Below are positions 11,304 to 22,386 of a stretch of 64,000 nt of DNA, one piece after another; the first letter of the stretch is position 1, and the number at the start of each line of letters is the position of its first letter. Source of the DNA: Phormidesmis sp. (GTDB taxonomy: Bacteria > Cyanobacteriota > Cyanobacteriia > Leptolyngbyales > Leptolyngbyaceae). Location of the stretch: NCBI GenBank assembly GCA_965248535.1, contig CBDFJR010000005.1, forward strand, positions 1,248,001 through 1,312,000. The letters are read 5' to 3'. The notes beneath the pieces were generated by a model. That model made no database searches, was not told where the DNA came from, and was given only the letters and a program-made list of their open reading frames with translations. The position numbers and the translations under genes were made by a program.

Positions 11304-12815
11304 ATGCACCCCAACTATCTCGAAAAAATTCTGACGGCTCGCGTCTATGATGTTGCCCAAGAGACCGCGCTAGAGGTTGCGCCTAATCTCTCGGCCCGCC
11401 TCGATAACAAAGTGCTGCTCAAGCGCGAAGATATGCAGTCTGTGTTTTCGTTTAAGCTGCGGGGTGCTTATAACAAAATGGCGCAACTGCCGCCCGATGT
11501 TCTCGCGCTGGGTGTGATTGCTGCGTCTGCTGGAAACCACGCTCAAGGTGTTGCCCTCGGTGCTCGTCACCTAGGAACGACGGCGATCGTGGTGATGCCG
11601 ATGACGACTCCGCAGGTGAAAATTGACGCGGTGAAAGCTCGTGGCGGTGAAGTGATTTTGCATGGTGACACCTATGATGAGGCCTATGCTTATGCGCGGC
11701 AGCTAGAAGTCGAGAAAGGATTGACGTTTATCCATCCGTTTGATGACCCGGATGTGATTGCGGGGCAGGGCACGATCGCGATGGAGATTTTGCGTCAGCA
11801 TCAACAGCCGATCCATGCAATTTTTGTGGCCATTGGCGGTGGCGGATTGATTTCTGGAATTGCCGCTTATGTGAAACGATTGCGTCCTGAAATCAAGATC
11901 ATTGGCGTTGAACCTGTCGATGCCGATGCGATGTCTCAGTCGTTAAAAGCGGGATATCGCATTAAGTTGCCCCGCGTTGGATTGTTTGCCGATGGCGTTG
12001 CCGTGAGTGAAGTCGGAGTCGAAACCTTTCGGCTGTGTCAAGAGTATGTCGATGAAGTGCTGTTAGTCGATACTGACCATATTTGTGCAGCGATTAAAGA
12101 TGTGTTTGAAGACACGCGATCGATTCTTGAACCTGCGGGAGCTTTGGCGATCGCTGGCGCAAAAGCTTATGTCGAGCGCGAACAGATTCAAGGACAAACC
12201 CTCGTCGCCATTGCCTGCGGTGCGAATATGAACTTCGATCGGCTGCGATTTGTGGCAGAACGAGCAGAATTTGGCGAACGTCGAGAAGCCATTTTTGCGG
12301 TGACGATTCCTGAAAAAAATGGCAGCTTAAAGAAGTTTTGTGAGTGCCTAGGCAAACGCAGTTTGACCGAGTTTAGCTACCGAATCGCTGATGACAAAGT
12401 AGCGCATATTTTCGTCGGCATTCAGATTCAAAATCGAGCAGATGCGGCTCAGATTGCAGCCACTTTTGAGGCAAATGGATTCAACACGATCGACTTAACC
12501 GACGACGAACTCACAAAACTGCATCTCAGACACATGGTTGGCGGACGATCGCCGCTGGCTCATAATGAATTGCTCTATCGTTTTGAGTTTCCTGAGCGTC
12601 CGGGTGCGCTGATCAAGTTTCTCGCCTGCATGAGTCCCGATTGGAATATCAGTCTCTTTCACTATCGCAATCACGGAGCCGACTATGGTCGCATTGTGGT
12701 TGGAATGCAGGTTCCGCCCCACGAGATGAACGACTGGCAGGCGTTTCTCGATACGCTCGGCTATCGCTATTGGGATGAGAGTCAAAACACCGCCTACAAA
12801 CTGTTTTTGGGGTGA
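11304..12815 (+). CDS. ilvA: Biosynthetic threonine dehydratase
   Basis: FSFKLRGAYN, SAGNHAQG, two C-terminal ACT-like domains (FPERPGAL). Confidence 0.97.
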   Translation: MHPNYLEKILTARVYDVAQETALEVAPNLSARLDNKVLLKREDMQSVFSFKLRGAYNKMAQLPPDVLALGVIAASAGNHAQGVALGARHLGTTAIVVMPMTTPQVKIDAVKARGGEVILHGDTYDEAYAYARQLEVEKGLTFIHPFDDPDVIAGQGTIAMEILRQHQQPIHAIFVAIGGGGLISGIAAYVKRLRPEIKIIGVEPVDADAMSQSLKAGYRIKLPRVGLFADGVAVSEVGVETFRLCQEYVDEVLLVDTDHICAAIKDVFEDTRSILEPAGALAIAGAKAYVEREQIQGQTLVAIACGANMNFDRLRFVAERAEFGERREAIFAVTIPEKNGSLKKFCECLGKRSLTEFSYRIADDKVAHIFVGIQIQNRADAAQIAATFEANGFNTIDLTDDELTKLHLRHMVGGRSPLAHNELLYRFEFPERPGALIKFLACMSPDWNISLFHYRNHGADYGRIVVGMQVPPHEMNDWQAFLDTLGYRYWDESQNTAYKLFLG

Positions 12816-12876
12816 ATATTATTGCAATACTTTGAACAAAGCTTGAGTAAGTTTTCGAGTCGGTTACAATTCGGGC

Positions 12877-13155
12877 ATGGATTATGAATGGGACTCGACT
12901 AAAGCAGCCATCAATCTCAAAAAGCATGGTGTGAGCTTTGAGGAAGCTAAAACAGTCTTCAACAACCCGCTTGCTCTAATTTTTGAGGATGAACTACATT
13001 CAGTAGAGGAGCGTCGGGAAATTATTATCGGGCATTCCCAACAAAGTCGAATGCTGCTGGTTAGCTTTACAGAACGTCCCAACGCGATTCGCATTATCAG
13101 TGCCCGTATCGTGACTCCAAGAGAACGTGAAGATTATGAGAACAACACCTTTTGA
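12877..13155 (+). CDS. BrnT-family toxin
   Basis: EWDSTKAAINLKKHGVSFEEA...IRIISAR. Confidence 0.92.
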   Translation: MDYEWDSTKAAINLKKHGVSFEEAKTVFNNPLALIFEDELHSVEERREIIIGHSQQSRMLLVSFTERPNAIRIISARIVTPREREDYENNTF

Positions 13156-13354
13156 TGAATCTCCGCAGAATGACGATGATTTGGCGGCAGAATATGTCTT
13201 CGATTATGGCAAAGCAAAGCCTAACCGATTTGCAGCACAAGATCAAGAACGAAAAATGACCATTGTTGTTCTTGATGAAGATGTTTCTCAGGTCTTCTCC
13301 ACGTCAGAAGCCGTTAACAAAGTTTTAAGGGCCTTGATTGAAGCAATGCCTTGA
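13136..13354 (+). CDS. Cognate BrnA-like antitoxin
   Basis: Overlaps toxin 3' end; EYVFDYGKAKPNRFA...LDEDVSQVF...AVNKVLRALI. Confidence 0.8.
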   Translation: MRTTPFDESPQNDDDLAAEYVFDYGKAKPNRFAAQDQERKMTIVVLDEDVSQVFSTSEAVNKVLRALIEAMP

Positions 13355-13429
13355 GTTGTAGTTGAACGGGGACTTAAATTACTTTGAAACTGGTCAGCGA
13401 TCGCTCCGTCTAAGCCGCGACATCGCCTT
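13351..13429 (-). pseudogene. Deleted duplicate remnant of the ridA 3' half
   Basis: 13351-13383 matches 14771-14803; 13382-13429 matches 14997-15044 (GDVAA*TERSLTSFK vs [15 protein letters not shown]). Confidence 0.8.
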
Positions 13430-13435
13430 GTCGAA

Positions 13436-13587
13436 TAGACTTCTTGCAAAAGTCACGAAGCTACCTCAGAGTAGGGTGGTTCTTGAGCGCTAATTCCTTC
13501 AGGTTTGAGGTCTTGGACTTGTTCGTAGCTCATTAGCCCCTCCTTGACCTACTTATACTGATTTTTCAGACTTTTGCAAGAAGTCTA
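13436..13587 (-). mobile_element. 152-bp MITE / internally deleted IS5-family (ISL2/IS702-like) element
   Basis: 19-bp perfect TIR TAGACTTCTTGCAAAAGTC; interior retains GGAGG RBS and MSYEQVQDLKPE transposase-like start. Confidence 0.8.
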
Positions 13588-13590
13588 ATC

Positions 13591-13630
13591 AAAAGCTAGG
13601 CGATAATCTGGACAGATTACCGCCTAGCTT
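13591..13630 (-). terminator. Intrinsic terminator downstream of the PTPA-CTERM gene
   Basis: aagctaggcg...cgcctagctt stem ending in a T-run on the minus strand; second hairpin near 13647-13689. Confidence 0.65.
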
Positions 13631-13708
13631 GAGTTAATTAGCAGTAAGGGTGATCTGCCATCATCAGCAAGATAATTGCAGATCACCCTCGCGATTTAAA
13701 GCCTTTGA

Positions 13709-14527
13709 TTAGCTGGTTGCTCTTCCCACGGCTACTTCTACCCCAGCACCTTTACGCTTGCGCCAAGCACTCAATCCTAGACCAATCAGTCCAGGAAGCA
13801 GAGCAGGAGTTGGAATGGCAGTTCCCCCAGGTTGAACAACTGGACCAGTACCAACGTTGATCAAGCTTGAATTGATTCCTTGAGTAAAATCGTAAAAGTT
13901 ATCGCCCGGATCTTTGTCTAAGACCTGATACACCGCGTTATTTGTGCTGACTAACGAAGTGTAGAAAGCATTCAACAAGGTTGTGTTAGTGCTGTAGAAC
14001 CACCCTGTATCTAGCAACTCGTTGCGGAAGCCACCCCCACTGAAACCTGCACCCGCTCCAACACCAACGGAGTTTGTGTTTTGAGTATTGACACTGCTCC
14101 AGTTGCCAAAATCTAACCCATTAACCAGTAGATTGTTGTCGTTGAAATCGAAATCGCCATTCGCGGTATCGCCATCGAAAAGGGTAAAGCGAATTCCAGC
14201 TTTCTGAATGCCCCCACCTAAGGCACTGAGAACTGATGACGTGAAGCCAGTTTGAGTCCCGATCGTGCCAGTTCCGGGCACTGGAGTCGAGTTGTAAAAA
14301 CCTTGAAATAACTGGCTAGCAGCTAACTGGCTGGTTACGCGAGTTCCGTTTGTGCCTGTTAAATCTAATACAATGCCGCCGACAGTGCTAATTCCGGTAG
14401 GAATGACACCACCTGACGGGGAAGTATCGGTGAAAGTAGATGCTCCCGCTACGCCAGCAGACCCCACGATTGCTAACGCAGCCCCGGACAGAGCGATAAC
14501 CAAGTTTTTTGCGATAAACAAAGACAT
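13709..14527 (-). CDS. PTPA-CTERM (PEP-CTERM-like) sorting-domain surface protein
   Basis: Signal peptide; C-terminal IPTPALLPGLIGLGLSAWRKRK. Confidence 0.9.
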   Translation of the reverse strand: MSLFIAKNLVIALSGAALAIVGSAGVAGASTFTDTSPSGGVIPTGISTVGGIVLDLTGTNGTRVTSQLAASQLFQGFYNSTPVPGTGTIGTQTGFTSSVLSALGGGIQKAGIRFTLFDGDTANGDFDFNDNNLLVNGLDFGNWSSVNTQNTNSVGVGAGAGFSGGGFRNELLDTGWFYSTNTTLLNAFYTSLVSTNNAVYQVLDKDPGDNFYDFTQGINSSLINVGTGPVVQPGGTAIPTPALLPGLIGLGLSAWRKRKGAGVEVAVGRATS

Positions 14528-14701
14528 TACTTAATACTCCTGAAGATGAAGGATTGGGTGGCAGGAGTACCCTGAAGCTCATACTCAGCTTTAGAGTTAG
14601 AACACGCGTGTTAATTGACTCATCGCTTGAGCGAACTGCTTAGTAATGTATCAGCATTTGTAACCGAATCTAGTGTTTACACTGAGGTTTACGTAAACTT
14701 C

Positions 14702-14743
14702 AGATTACTCTTAAAAAATCACCTTTATGTAAAGTTTCTTACA
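14702..14743 (-). promoter_or_regulatory. Candidate NtcA-activated promoter
   Basis: TGTA-N8-TACA at 14728-14743; TAATCT (TAN3T) 21 nt downstream of the GTA-N8-TAC core on the minus strand. Confidence 0.5.
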
Positions 14744-14793
14744 ATGAAGGTCAACGAATTTATTGAGGACTTGAGTTGTGGCTGAATGGGGAC

Positions 14794-15184
14794 TTAAATT
14801 ACTGCAATGCAGTCAATCTCGACGCGCACATCTTTAGGCAACCGCGCCACCTCGACACAGGCACGAGCGGGAGCCGTCGCTTCATCAAAATATTGGGCAT
14901 AGACCGCGTTCATGGCAGCAAAATCATTCATGTCTGCCAAGAAAACCGTGGTCTTCACGACATCTTGCAGGGTTGCCCCGCCCGCTTCGAGAATGGCTTT
15001 GAGACTGGTTAACGATCGCTCTGTTTGAGCCGCTACATCGCCTTCACCCACGATCGCCCCCGTTGTCGGATCGAGGGCAATCTGTCCGGCCACAAAGATC
15101 ATCTGACCCGACGCTAAAATCGCCTGGTTATAAGGCCCCAACCGGAGCCGGAGCCGCATCGGTTTGAATAATGGTTCGAGTCAT
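14794..15184 (-). CDS. RidA/YjgF-family deaminase; apparent +1 frameshift at 15136-15139
   Basis: [22 protein letters not shown]...[21 protein letters not shown]; one extra G in a GGGG run. Confidence 0.9.
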
Positions 15185-15796
15185 AAAAACTATTTCTTTT
15201 TGAGCAGTGGGTGGAACGAGTTCGATATTGACTTCGTTAACGGCGCGACGTTTGAGCGTAGTGGACTCCGATCGGGGCAGCAGGTCAAACACGGTGCGAA
15301 ACACATCATCGACTTGCTCATAGGCAACGTTGCCTTTGCCGTCAAACACTACCTTACCGGATTGGTCAAACAACACGGTCTGGGGCACAAACCCTTTGTA
15401 GTAATATCCCGGCTCTGTCGGCTCAAAGGTTTGTTTGACGGGTAGTGAGTCAACGCGAATCGGCAAGAAGTCAGCCGCCCGACCATAAAACGCCTGAAGC
15501 TGAGACACCACCGCCGAAAACTGTTTAGAGTCGCTGCTATCGTCGGTGTAAAACACCATCAGAGCGGGTTTGTGCTTGTCAAACGAGTCTGCTAGCTTGA
15601 CTTTTGGCGGCACCAGTGAGCCGTTGCCCGCATAGAGCGCAAAGATCTCGCCATCATAGCGATCGTCGGTTAAACCCGCCAGTGCAGGATTGCTAAAGCT
15701 CAAGGCTGCGATCGTGATCACCAGCGATAAGACCAGCCCTGAGACGTTGCGCCACCAAGCAGACTGAGAAAAAAAGTGTGAGCGAACAAAAGACAT
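15128..15796 (-). CDS. Thioredoxin-like thylakoid photosystem I accumulation factor
   Basis: [31 protein letters not shown]; true stop probably TAG at 15190-15192 if one A in a run is spurious. Confidence 0.8.
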   Translation of the reverse strand: MSFVRSHFFSQSAWWRNVSGLVLSLVITIAALSFSNPALAGLTDDRYDGEIFALYAGNGSLVPPKVKLADSFDKHKPALMVFYTDDSSDSKQFSAVVSQLQAFYGRAADFLPIRVDSLPVKQTFEPTEPGYYYKGFVPQTVLFDQSGKVVFDGKGNVAYEQVDDVFRTVFDLLPRSESTTLKRRAVNEVNIELVPPTAQKEIVFMTRTIIQTDAAPAPVGAL

Positions 15797-15868
15797 AAGG
15801 ATAAGGTTCAAGATGACCGATTCAAAACATCGCTGCTTCTATTGTCGGTCTTGTTGACACTCCCCGGT

Positions 15869-17155
15869 CTAAAGACGCGGAGATTCTTGAAGAGTCCAGA
15901 ATCTGAACTTCAAAGGCGCTGTCAAATCGCCTCTACTGATTCCGCTAAGGTCAAGCCCTAGCATCATCGCTACTTTGCTGAGAATGTTTGCAGCGCCATT
16001 GCAGTCTGCATTAATCCTGAAGCCGTTACTCGCTTTGTACAAACCACGTTTGACGCGATTACCTGAGGCTTTCCACCCTTCGGGTTTTTCACCGTATTTA
16101 GGCAGAGCGTCAGAGTCTAAAAAACTCGCCTTAGACGTATACGCTTCTTCGGTTTCGACAAAGTGAATCCCGTGCTGTTCGCACATCTGTTTGATCCGCT
16201 CTTTTAGTCTGGCAGTGGGAATCTGCACAAACTTCTGATTCGTTTTTTTGCCCATGTTGGCACCGTTTTTCTGACCACGATTCCAACCAAATACCAGCGT
16301 ACCAATACGATTATCTAGGCAGTGGTTGATCACCAATCGAGCGGTCTTATTCACAGCGTCTCGCATCTGACGATTGCGCTTCTCTGTCAGGTTAGCCAGC
16401 CGCTTAGACCAAAATCCGTTATCCTTGCCTTCCATCAGTTTTGCAACTGATTTGTTGTACCACTGGTTAACGGACTTAAGGTGCTTACCGTCAATCACAA
16501 AGCTAGTGCCAACATTGCTCACGCCCGTTAGCCAGTTATTGATCCCGTGATCTAAACCCAAGCATTTAGCGGGGTCTAAATCGACTTTGACGACCGATAC
16601 GGGGTAGACAAACTCAGCATAGAAACAACCATTTCTAGGCAGAATCCGAACCTCTCGCAAAGCTTTGAAGTCTAGGTTTGACGGCATTGGTAGAAAGAAT
16701 TCTTTCAGACCGAACCACGCTTTAACTTGCAGCCCCAACGGAAAGCGGATCATTCCGTCAATCAGCTTTAAGCAAACTTTAGGGAATGCAGCTAATTGAT
16801 AACCTGGCTTGCGATAGTTTGGGAATCTAGGCTTTTGCTCTAACTCTCCCTTGCGAGACTTTTTAAGTAGTTCTGAGAACGATTTAATCGACTCACCTAC
16901 AGAGATACAAGCTTGCTCTGCAACGTAAGAAGGTAGTGCTGAAAACTTAGAGTTTCCAGATTTACGCATCTCGTTTACCAGATCAAAACCAGTCACAAAA
17001 GTTTTAGTCTTAAACCACATTTGACGAGCATAGTAGACCGCGCAATTGTGTAGCTTATTCGACTCAGAACAAATGTACGCTAAGACCGCCTGAGTCTCTT
17101 TGTCAGTGCTGATTAGGTTTTGTTGAACCCCCCTTAGCTTTTTAGGTTTAGCCAT
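15869..17155 (-). CDS. tnpB: TnpB RNA-guided endonuclease
   Basis: KPRFPNYRK, GLDHGINN (RuvC-I), TEEAYTSK, INADCNGAANI (RuvC-III), terminal ESPRL. Confidence 0.95.
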   Translation of the reverse strand: MAKPKKLRGVQQNLISTDKETQAVLAYICSESNKLHNCAVYYARQMWFKTKTFVTGFDLVNEMRKSGNSKFSALPSYVAEQACISVGESIKSFSELLKKSRKGELEQKPRFPNYRKPGYQLAAFPKVCLKLIDGMIRFPLGLQVKAWFGLKEFFLPMPSNLDFKALREVRILPRNGCFYAEFVYPVSVVKVDLDPAKCLGLDHGINNWLTGVSNVGTSFVIDGKHLKSVNQWYNKSVAKLMEGKDNGFWSKRLANLTEKRNRQMRDAVNKTARLVINHCLDNRIGTLVFGWNRGQKNGANMGKKTNQKFVQIPTARLKERIKQMCEQHGIHFVETEEAYTSKASFLDSDALPKYGEKPEGWKASGNRVKRGLYKASNGFRINADCNGAANILSKVAMMLGLDLSGISRGDLTAPLKFRFWTLQESPRL

Positions 17156-17241
17156 CGTTTTGACCTGCGATGTGTTTGTTGTTTGCTCTTATCTAATGAT
17201 ACACTAAATTTGTAGATTATTCTGAAAAAACAACAAAGCGA

Positions 17242-17649
17242 ATGAGAAGTAATTCTTACGAATATCGGCATTACAACCACTCATTGGGTTTGGCTGTTGT
17301 TCATCTGGTTTGGATTCCTAAGCGTCGCAAACCTGTGCTAATTGGGGAGGTTAGGGACAGGCTCTTTCAAGTCGTTAGCGAAGTAGCCAAGGATCACGAC
17401 TGGAATGTTAGAGCCTTAGAGATAGCGCCTGACCATGTTCACCTGTTTGTAGAGATTCATCCCACAGACGCTATCAATCAGGTTGTGAAGGCGTTTAAGG
17501 GGCGTTCAGCCTATTTGCTCAGAAAGGAGTTTTCACACCTGACAAAACTCCCTTCACTTTGGACAAATAGCTATTTCTTCTCTACGGCTGGGAATGTTTC
17601 GGCAGATACAATTGAGCGATATATCAATGACCCACACCATAAGAGTTAG
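17242..17649 (+). CDS. tnpA: IS200/IS605 Y1 (HUH) transposase
   Basis: HLVWIPKRRK, PDHVHLF, LWTNSYF, IERYI. Confidence 0.96.
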   Translation: MRSNSYEYRHYNHSLGLAVVHLVWIPKRRKPVLIGEVRDRLFQVVSEVAKDHDWNVRALEIAPDHVHLFVEIHPTDAINQVVKAFKGRSAYLLRKEFSHLTKLPSLWTNSYFFSTAGNVSADTIERYINDPHHKS

Positions 17650-17822
17650 GCGGTTGAAGCCGCTCGCGTGGGCTTTCCCCTTCGGGCTGAAGCCGCGAAG
17701 TTCCTAACCCTACCGCAATTTTCTGATGGGAAGATGCTCAACTTAACTTTAAGATTTGCGCGGTTAGGGAGTCGCCAAAATGGAAGATATCCGGCAATCG
17801 ACGGCTCCCTAACGCCCAAGTT

Positions 17823-18194
17823 TTAGAGTTGAATCGTCGTTTTGTTGTGCAACTCCTCTACGTGAATCAGTGAACCGTCACCCAAGACGATATTGAATTT
17901 GATGAGAGAACGCTCAACTTGATAGCCGGGCAAGACTCGCACAATTTGATATTCTGTGGTCAAATCACTGGTGCCATCCCACTTCAGAAAGGCCAGTTGA
18001 TTAGACGCGATTTCACTCAGTTCTGAGACAAACTCTTCAATGCGATCGCTAACATTCACGAGAATGCCAGACGGCACAAAGAGATAACGCTCTTGCAAAT
18101 CTAATGTCACACTGACTCGATAACGCTTTTCGATTGAGCATCGCAACTCAACGGTGAACGAAATCGAGCTAGGAACGATCGTCCTAACTGCCAT
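17823..18194 (-). CDS. Hypothetical protein
   Basis: 123-aa ORF with AGAGGA RBS; no recognised family. Confidence 0.55.
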   Translation of the reverse strand: MAVRTIVPSSISFTVELRCSIEKRYRVSVTLDLQERYLFVPSGILVNVSDRIEEFVSELSEIASNQLAFLKWDGTSDLTTEYQIVRVLPGYQVERSLIKFNIVLGDGSLIHVEELHNKTTIQL

Positions 18195-18211
18195 GGTTTT
18201 TGTCCTCTCGA

Positions 18212-18331
18212 TTAATTCAAAGAGGACAAAAACACGGATCTCTCAGACAGTCTGTTGGGGTGAAACCTGTATGCAGGATCTTGATTCCAGCCTTTCAAGA
18301 TCCCATAGCAAAGCTGACGGTGTACAATCAT
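18212..18331 (-). CDS. Candidate 39-aa leader peptide (uORF)
   Basis: GGAGG RBS then MIVHRQLCYGILKGWNQDPAYRFHPNRLSERSVFLSSLN*; stop lies in the loop of a 13-bp hairpin. Confidence 0.4.
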   Translation of the reverse strand: MIVHRQLCYGILKGWNQDPAYRFHPNRLSERSVFLSSLN

Positions 18332-18525
18332 GAACGCCTCCTGAGTTATTCTCGGTAACTAGGGATGGAAGTCCTCGGAGTCTGATTGCCTAGATCAGAT
18401 TTCCGGGGCACAACTCCATCACTGCGAAGTATTCTACAAGAGTTTCTTGTTTTTTGGAAGGCTGAATTTCTACACACCTGATCAAGTAAACGCCTAAAAA
18501 ACAGCGATCGTTTCAACTGAGAGAA

Positions 18526-18598
18526 TGGAGAATAGGGGAATCGAACCCCTGACCTCTGCGGTGCGATCGCAGCGCTCTACCAACTGAGCTAACTCCCC
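18526..18598 (-). tRNA. tRNA-Ala(CGC)
   Basis: GGGGAGTTAGCTCAGTTGGTAGAGCG...GGTTCGATTCCCCTATTCTCCA; G3:U70; anticodon loop ATCGCAC. Confidence 0.96.
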
Positions 18599-18625
18599 TC
18601 ATAGGGCTATTCTACCATTTCAAAA

Positions 18626-19348
18626 CTATTCTGTTTTTGATTGGGCGGGTTCTCTAGAAAAAACCTGTTGAATGCGATCGAGTTCTAGATCTGAGAGATA
18701 GTCTACTGTCCAGTTTGCACAGCGTTGCAGCATGTGAAACGGATAGGTGTTGGCAACCCCAACCACAGGAATGCCTGCTCGTTTGGCGGCGGCAATGCCT
18801 GCAAAGGTGTCTTCGATCGCTAAACATTCATCAGGGCGCAGCTTGAGATCGGGGAAGGCTTGATTTAAGCGATCGATGGCCAGCAGATAGCCATCGGGTT
18901 CGGGTTTGCTCACCGTTAGGTCATCGCTTGACACGATCGTGGTGAAATATTTTTGCAGTTGGCACCGCTCTAAGACTAGCTCGATTTCGCTGAGGCTGGC
19001 ACCACTAACGATCGCGAGTTTGCACTGAGTGGGGCGAAGGTTAAAGATTAAGTCGTCTAGACCCAGATAAGTCGGGAGGGTTTCTAGGGCTGAGAGTTGT
19101 TGCACATAGGCTTTGGCTTTGCGATCGATGAGGTCGTCGAGATAGCGATCGCTGACCTGTCGGCCGCGACTTTCGAGCAGATCTGAGAGACAGGCGCGAT
19201 CGCTGCGACCCAGACATATCTCCCGAAATTCTCCTGGCTTAGAGCGAAGATTTTCTTCGATCAGAAGTTGCTCGATCAGCTTTTCGTGAAGCGGTTCGTC
19301 GTTGATGATCACGCCGTTAAAATCGAAAAGAACTGCTTTGAGCGCCAT
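18626..19348 (-). CDS. HAD-family phosphatase
   Basis: LFDFNGV, KPEPDGY, IEDT motifs. Confidence 0.92.
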   Translation of the reverse strand: MALKAVLFDFNGVIINDEPLHEKLIEQLLIEENLRSKPGEFREICLGRSDRACLSDLLESRGRQVSDRYLDDLIDRKAKAYVQQLSALETLPTYLGLDDLIFNLRPTQCKLAIVSGASLSEIELVLERCQLQKYFTTIVSSDDLTVSKPEPDGYLLAIDRLNQAFPDLKLRPDECLAIEDTFAGIAAAKRAGIPVVGVANTYPFHMLQRCANWTVDYLSDLELDRIQQVFSREPAQSKTE

Positions 19349-19593
19349 GAAAAAATGAAAAAGACCACTCTCACTTTACCAGCAGGAGAGAAGCGATCGG
19401 GTTTAACTCTTGATGTCTTGCCCTACCGTAGGCTCGCAAATCGTCGATCGCTCCGTTTCAGTGGGCTGAAAGAACCAAAACGCAGCGATAAAGACTTGTG
19501 TACCTAGTCTCTCGCATCAGTCTCTAGAAAAGCTACCGGATTTGTTTTTATTTTTCTATACTGGTTGCGTAAACCCACTTAGCCCTCTCTCCT

Positions 19594-21677
<2,084 letters not shown>

Positions 21678-21710
21678 GCAAATTTTTGTCGAGCGATCGA
21701 GGTTCTAAAA

Positions 21711-22373
21711 ATGACCACTCAAATCGTCACGCCCGTCACCGTCCCCATCAAAGACATCGTGCTCGAACCCGGCAGCGTCTTGACCATCACAGACATCACC
21801 TGGGAAAAATTTGAAGCCATCTTAGAAGAACTGGGCGAAAAGCGCAGTGCCCGCATCGCCTACAGCAATGGAGTGCTAGAAATTGTATCCCCTTTACCCG
21901 CCCACGAACGTCCCAACCGCATTATTGGAGATATCGTCAAAATCCTGCTGGATGCCCGAAACTTGGATTGGGAAGACTTTGGCTCGACGACCTTTCGACG
22001 CAAAAAAAAGCAAGCCGGATTGGAACCCGACACCTGTTTTTACATCGGAGAGAATGCAACGCGAGTGCGATCGTGCATGATGTCAATGAATTTAGACCTG
22101 TATCCGCCGCCCGACTTAGCCATCGAAGCCGATGTCACCTCAAAAACCACCCTAGAAGCCTACGCCGGAATCCAAGTGCCAGAAGTCTGGATCTACAACA
22201 AAGGCACGCTAAAAATCAATCTGCTCACCAATGGCGACTACCAGGAATCACCCACCAGTCTTGTGTTTCCCGATTTGCCGATCGCCCAACTGATCCCCGA
22301 TCGGGTGCAGCAAGCCATGCAAGCAGGCACCAGTCAAGTTTTGCGGCAACTGCGCCAAGAATTTTCCTCCTAA
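21711..22373 (+). CDS. Uma2-family endonuclease-fold protein
   Basis: LEPDTCFYI, PPPDLAIEAD, VPEVWIY. Confidence 0.93.
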   Translation: MTTQIVTPVTVPIKDIVLEPGSVLTITDITWEKFEAILEELGEKRSARIAYSNGVLEIVSPLPAHERPNRIIGDIVKILLDARNLDWEDFGSTTFRRKKKQAGLEPDTCFYIGENATRVRSCMMSMNLDLYPPPDLAIEADVTSKTTLEAYAGIQVPEVWIYNKGTLKINLLTNGDYQESPTSLVFPDLPIAQLIPDRVQQAMQAGTSQVLRQLRQEFSS

Positions 22374-22386
22374 CGGCAAGATGGCT

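Larger units (their letters stand above)
15854..17725 (-). mobile_element. Complete IS605-type element (divergent tnpA/tnpB)
   Basis: Right-end hairpin CTCCGCGTCTTTAGACCGGGGAG then TGTCAA ending at 15854; left-end hairpins at 17650-17700; left boundary approximate. Confidence 0.9.

Noticed and set aside
17730..18598. Integrative island at tRNA-Ala
   Set aside because: No integrase nearby and no duplicated tRNA 3' end seen.
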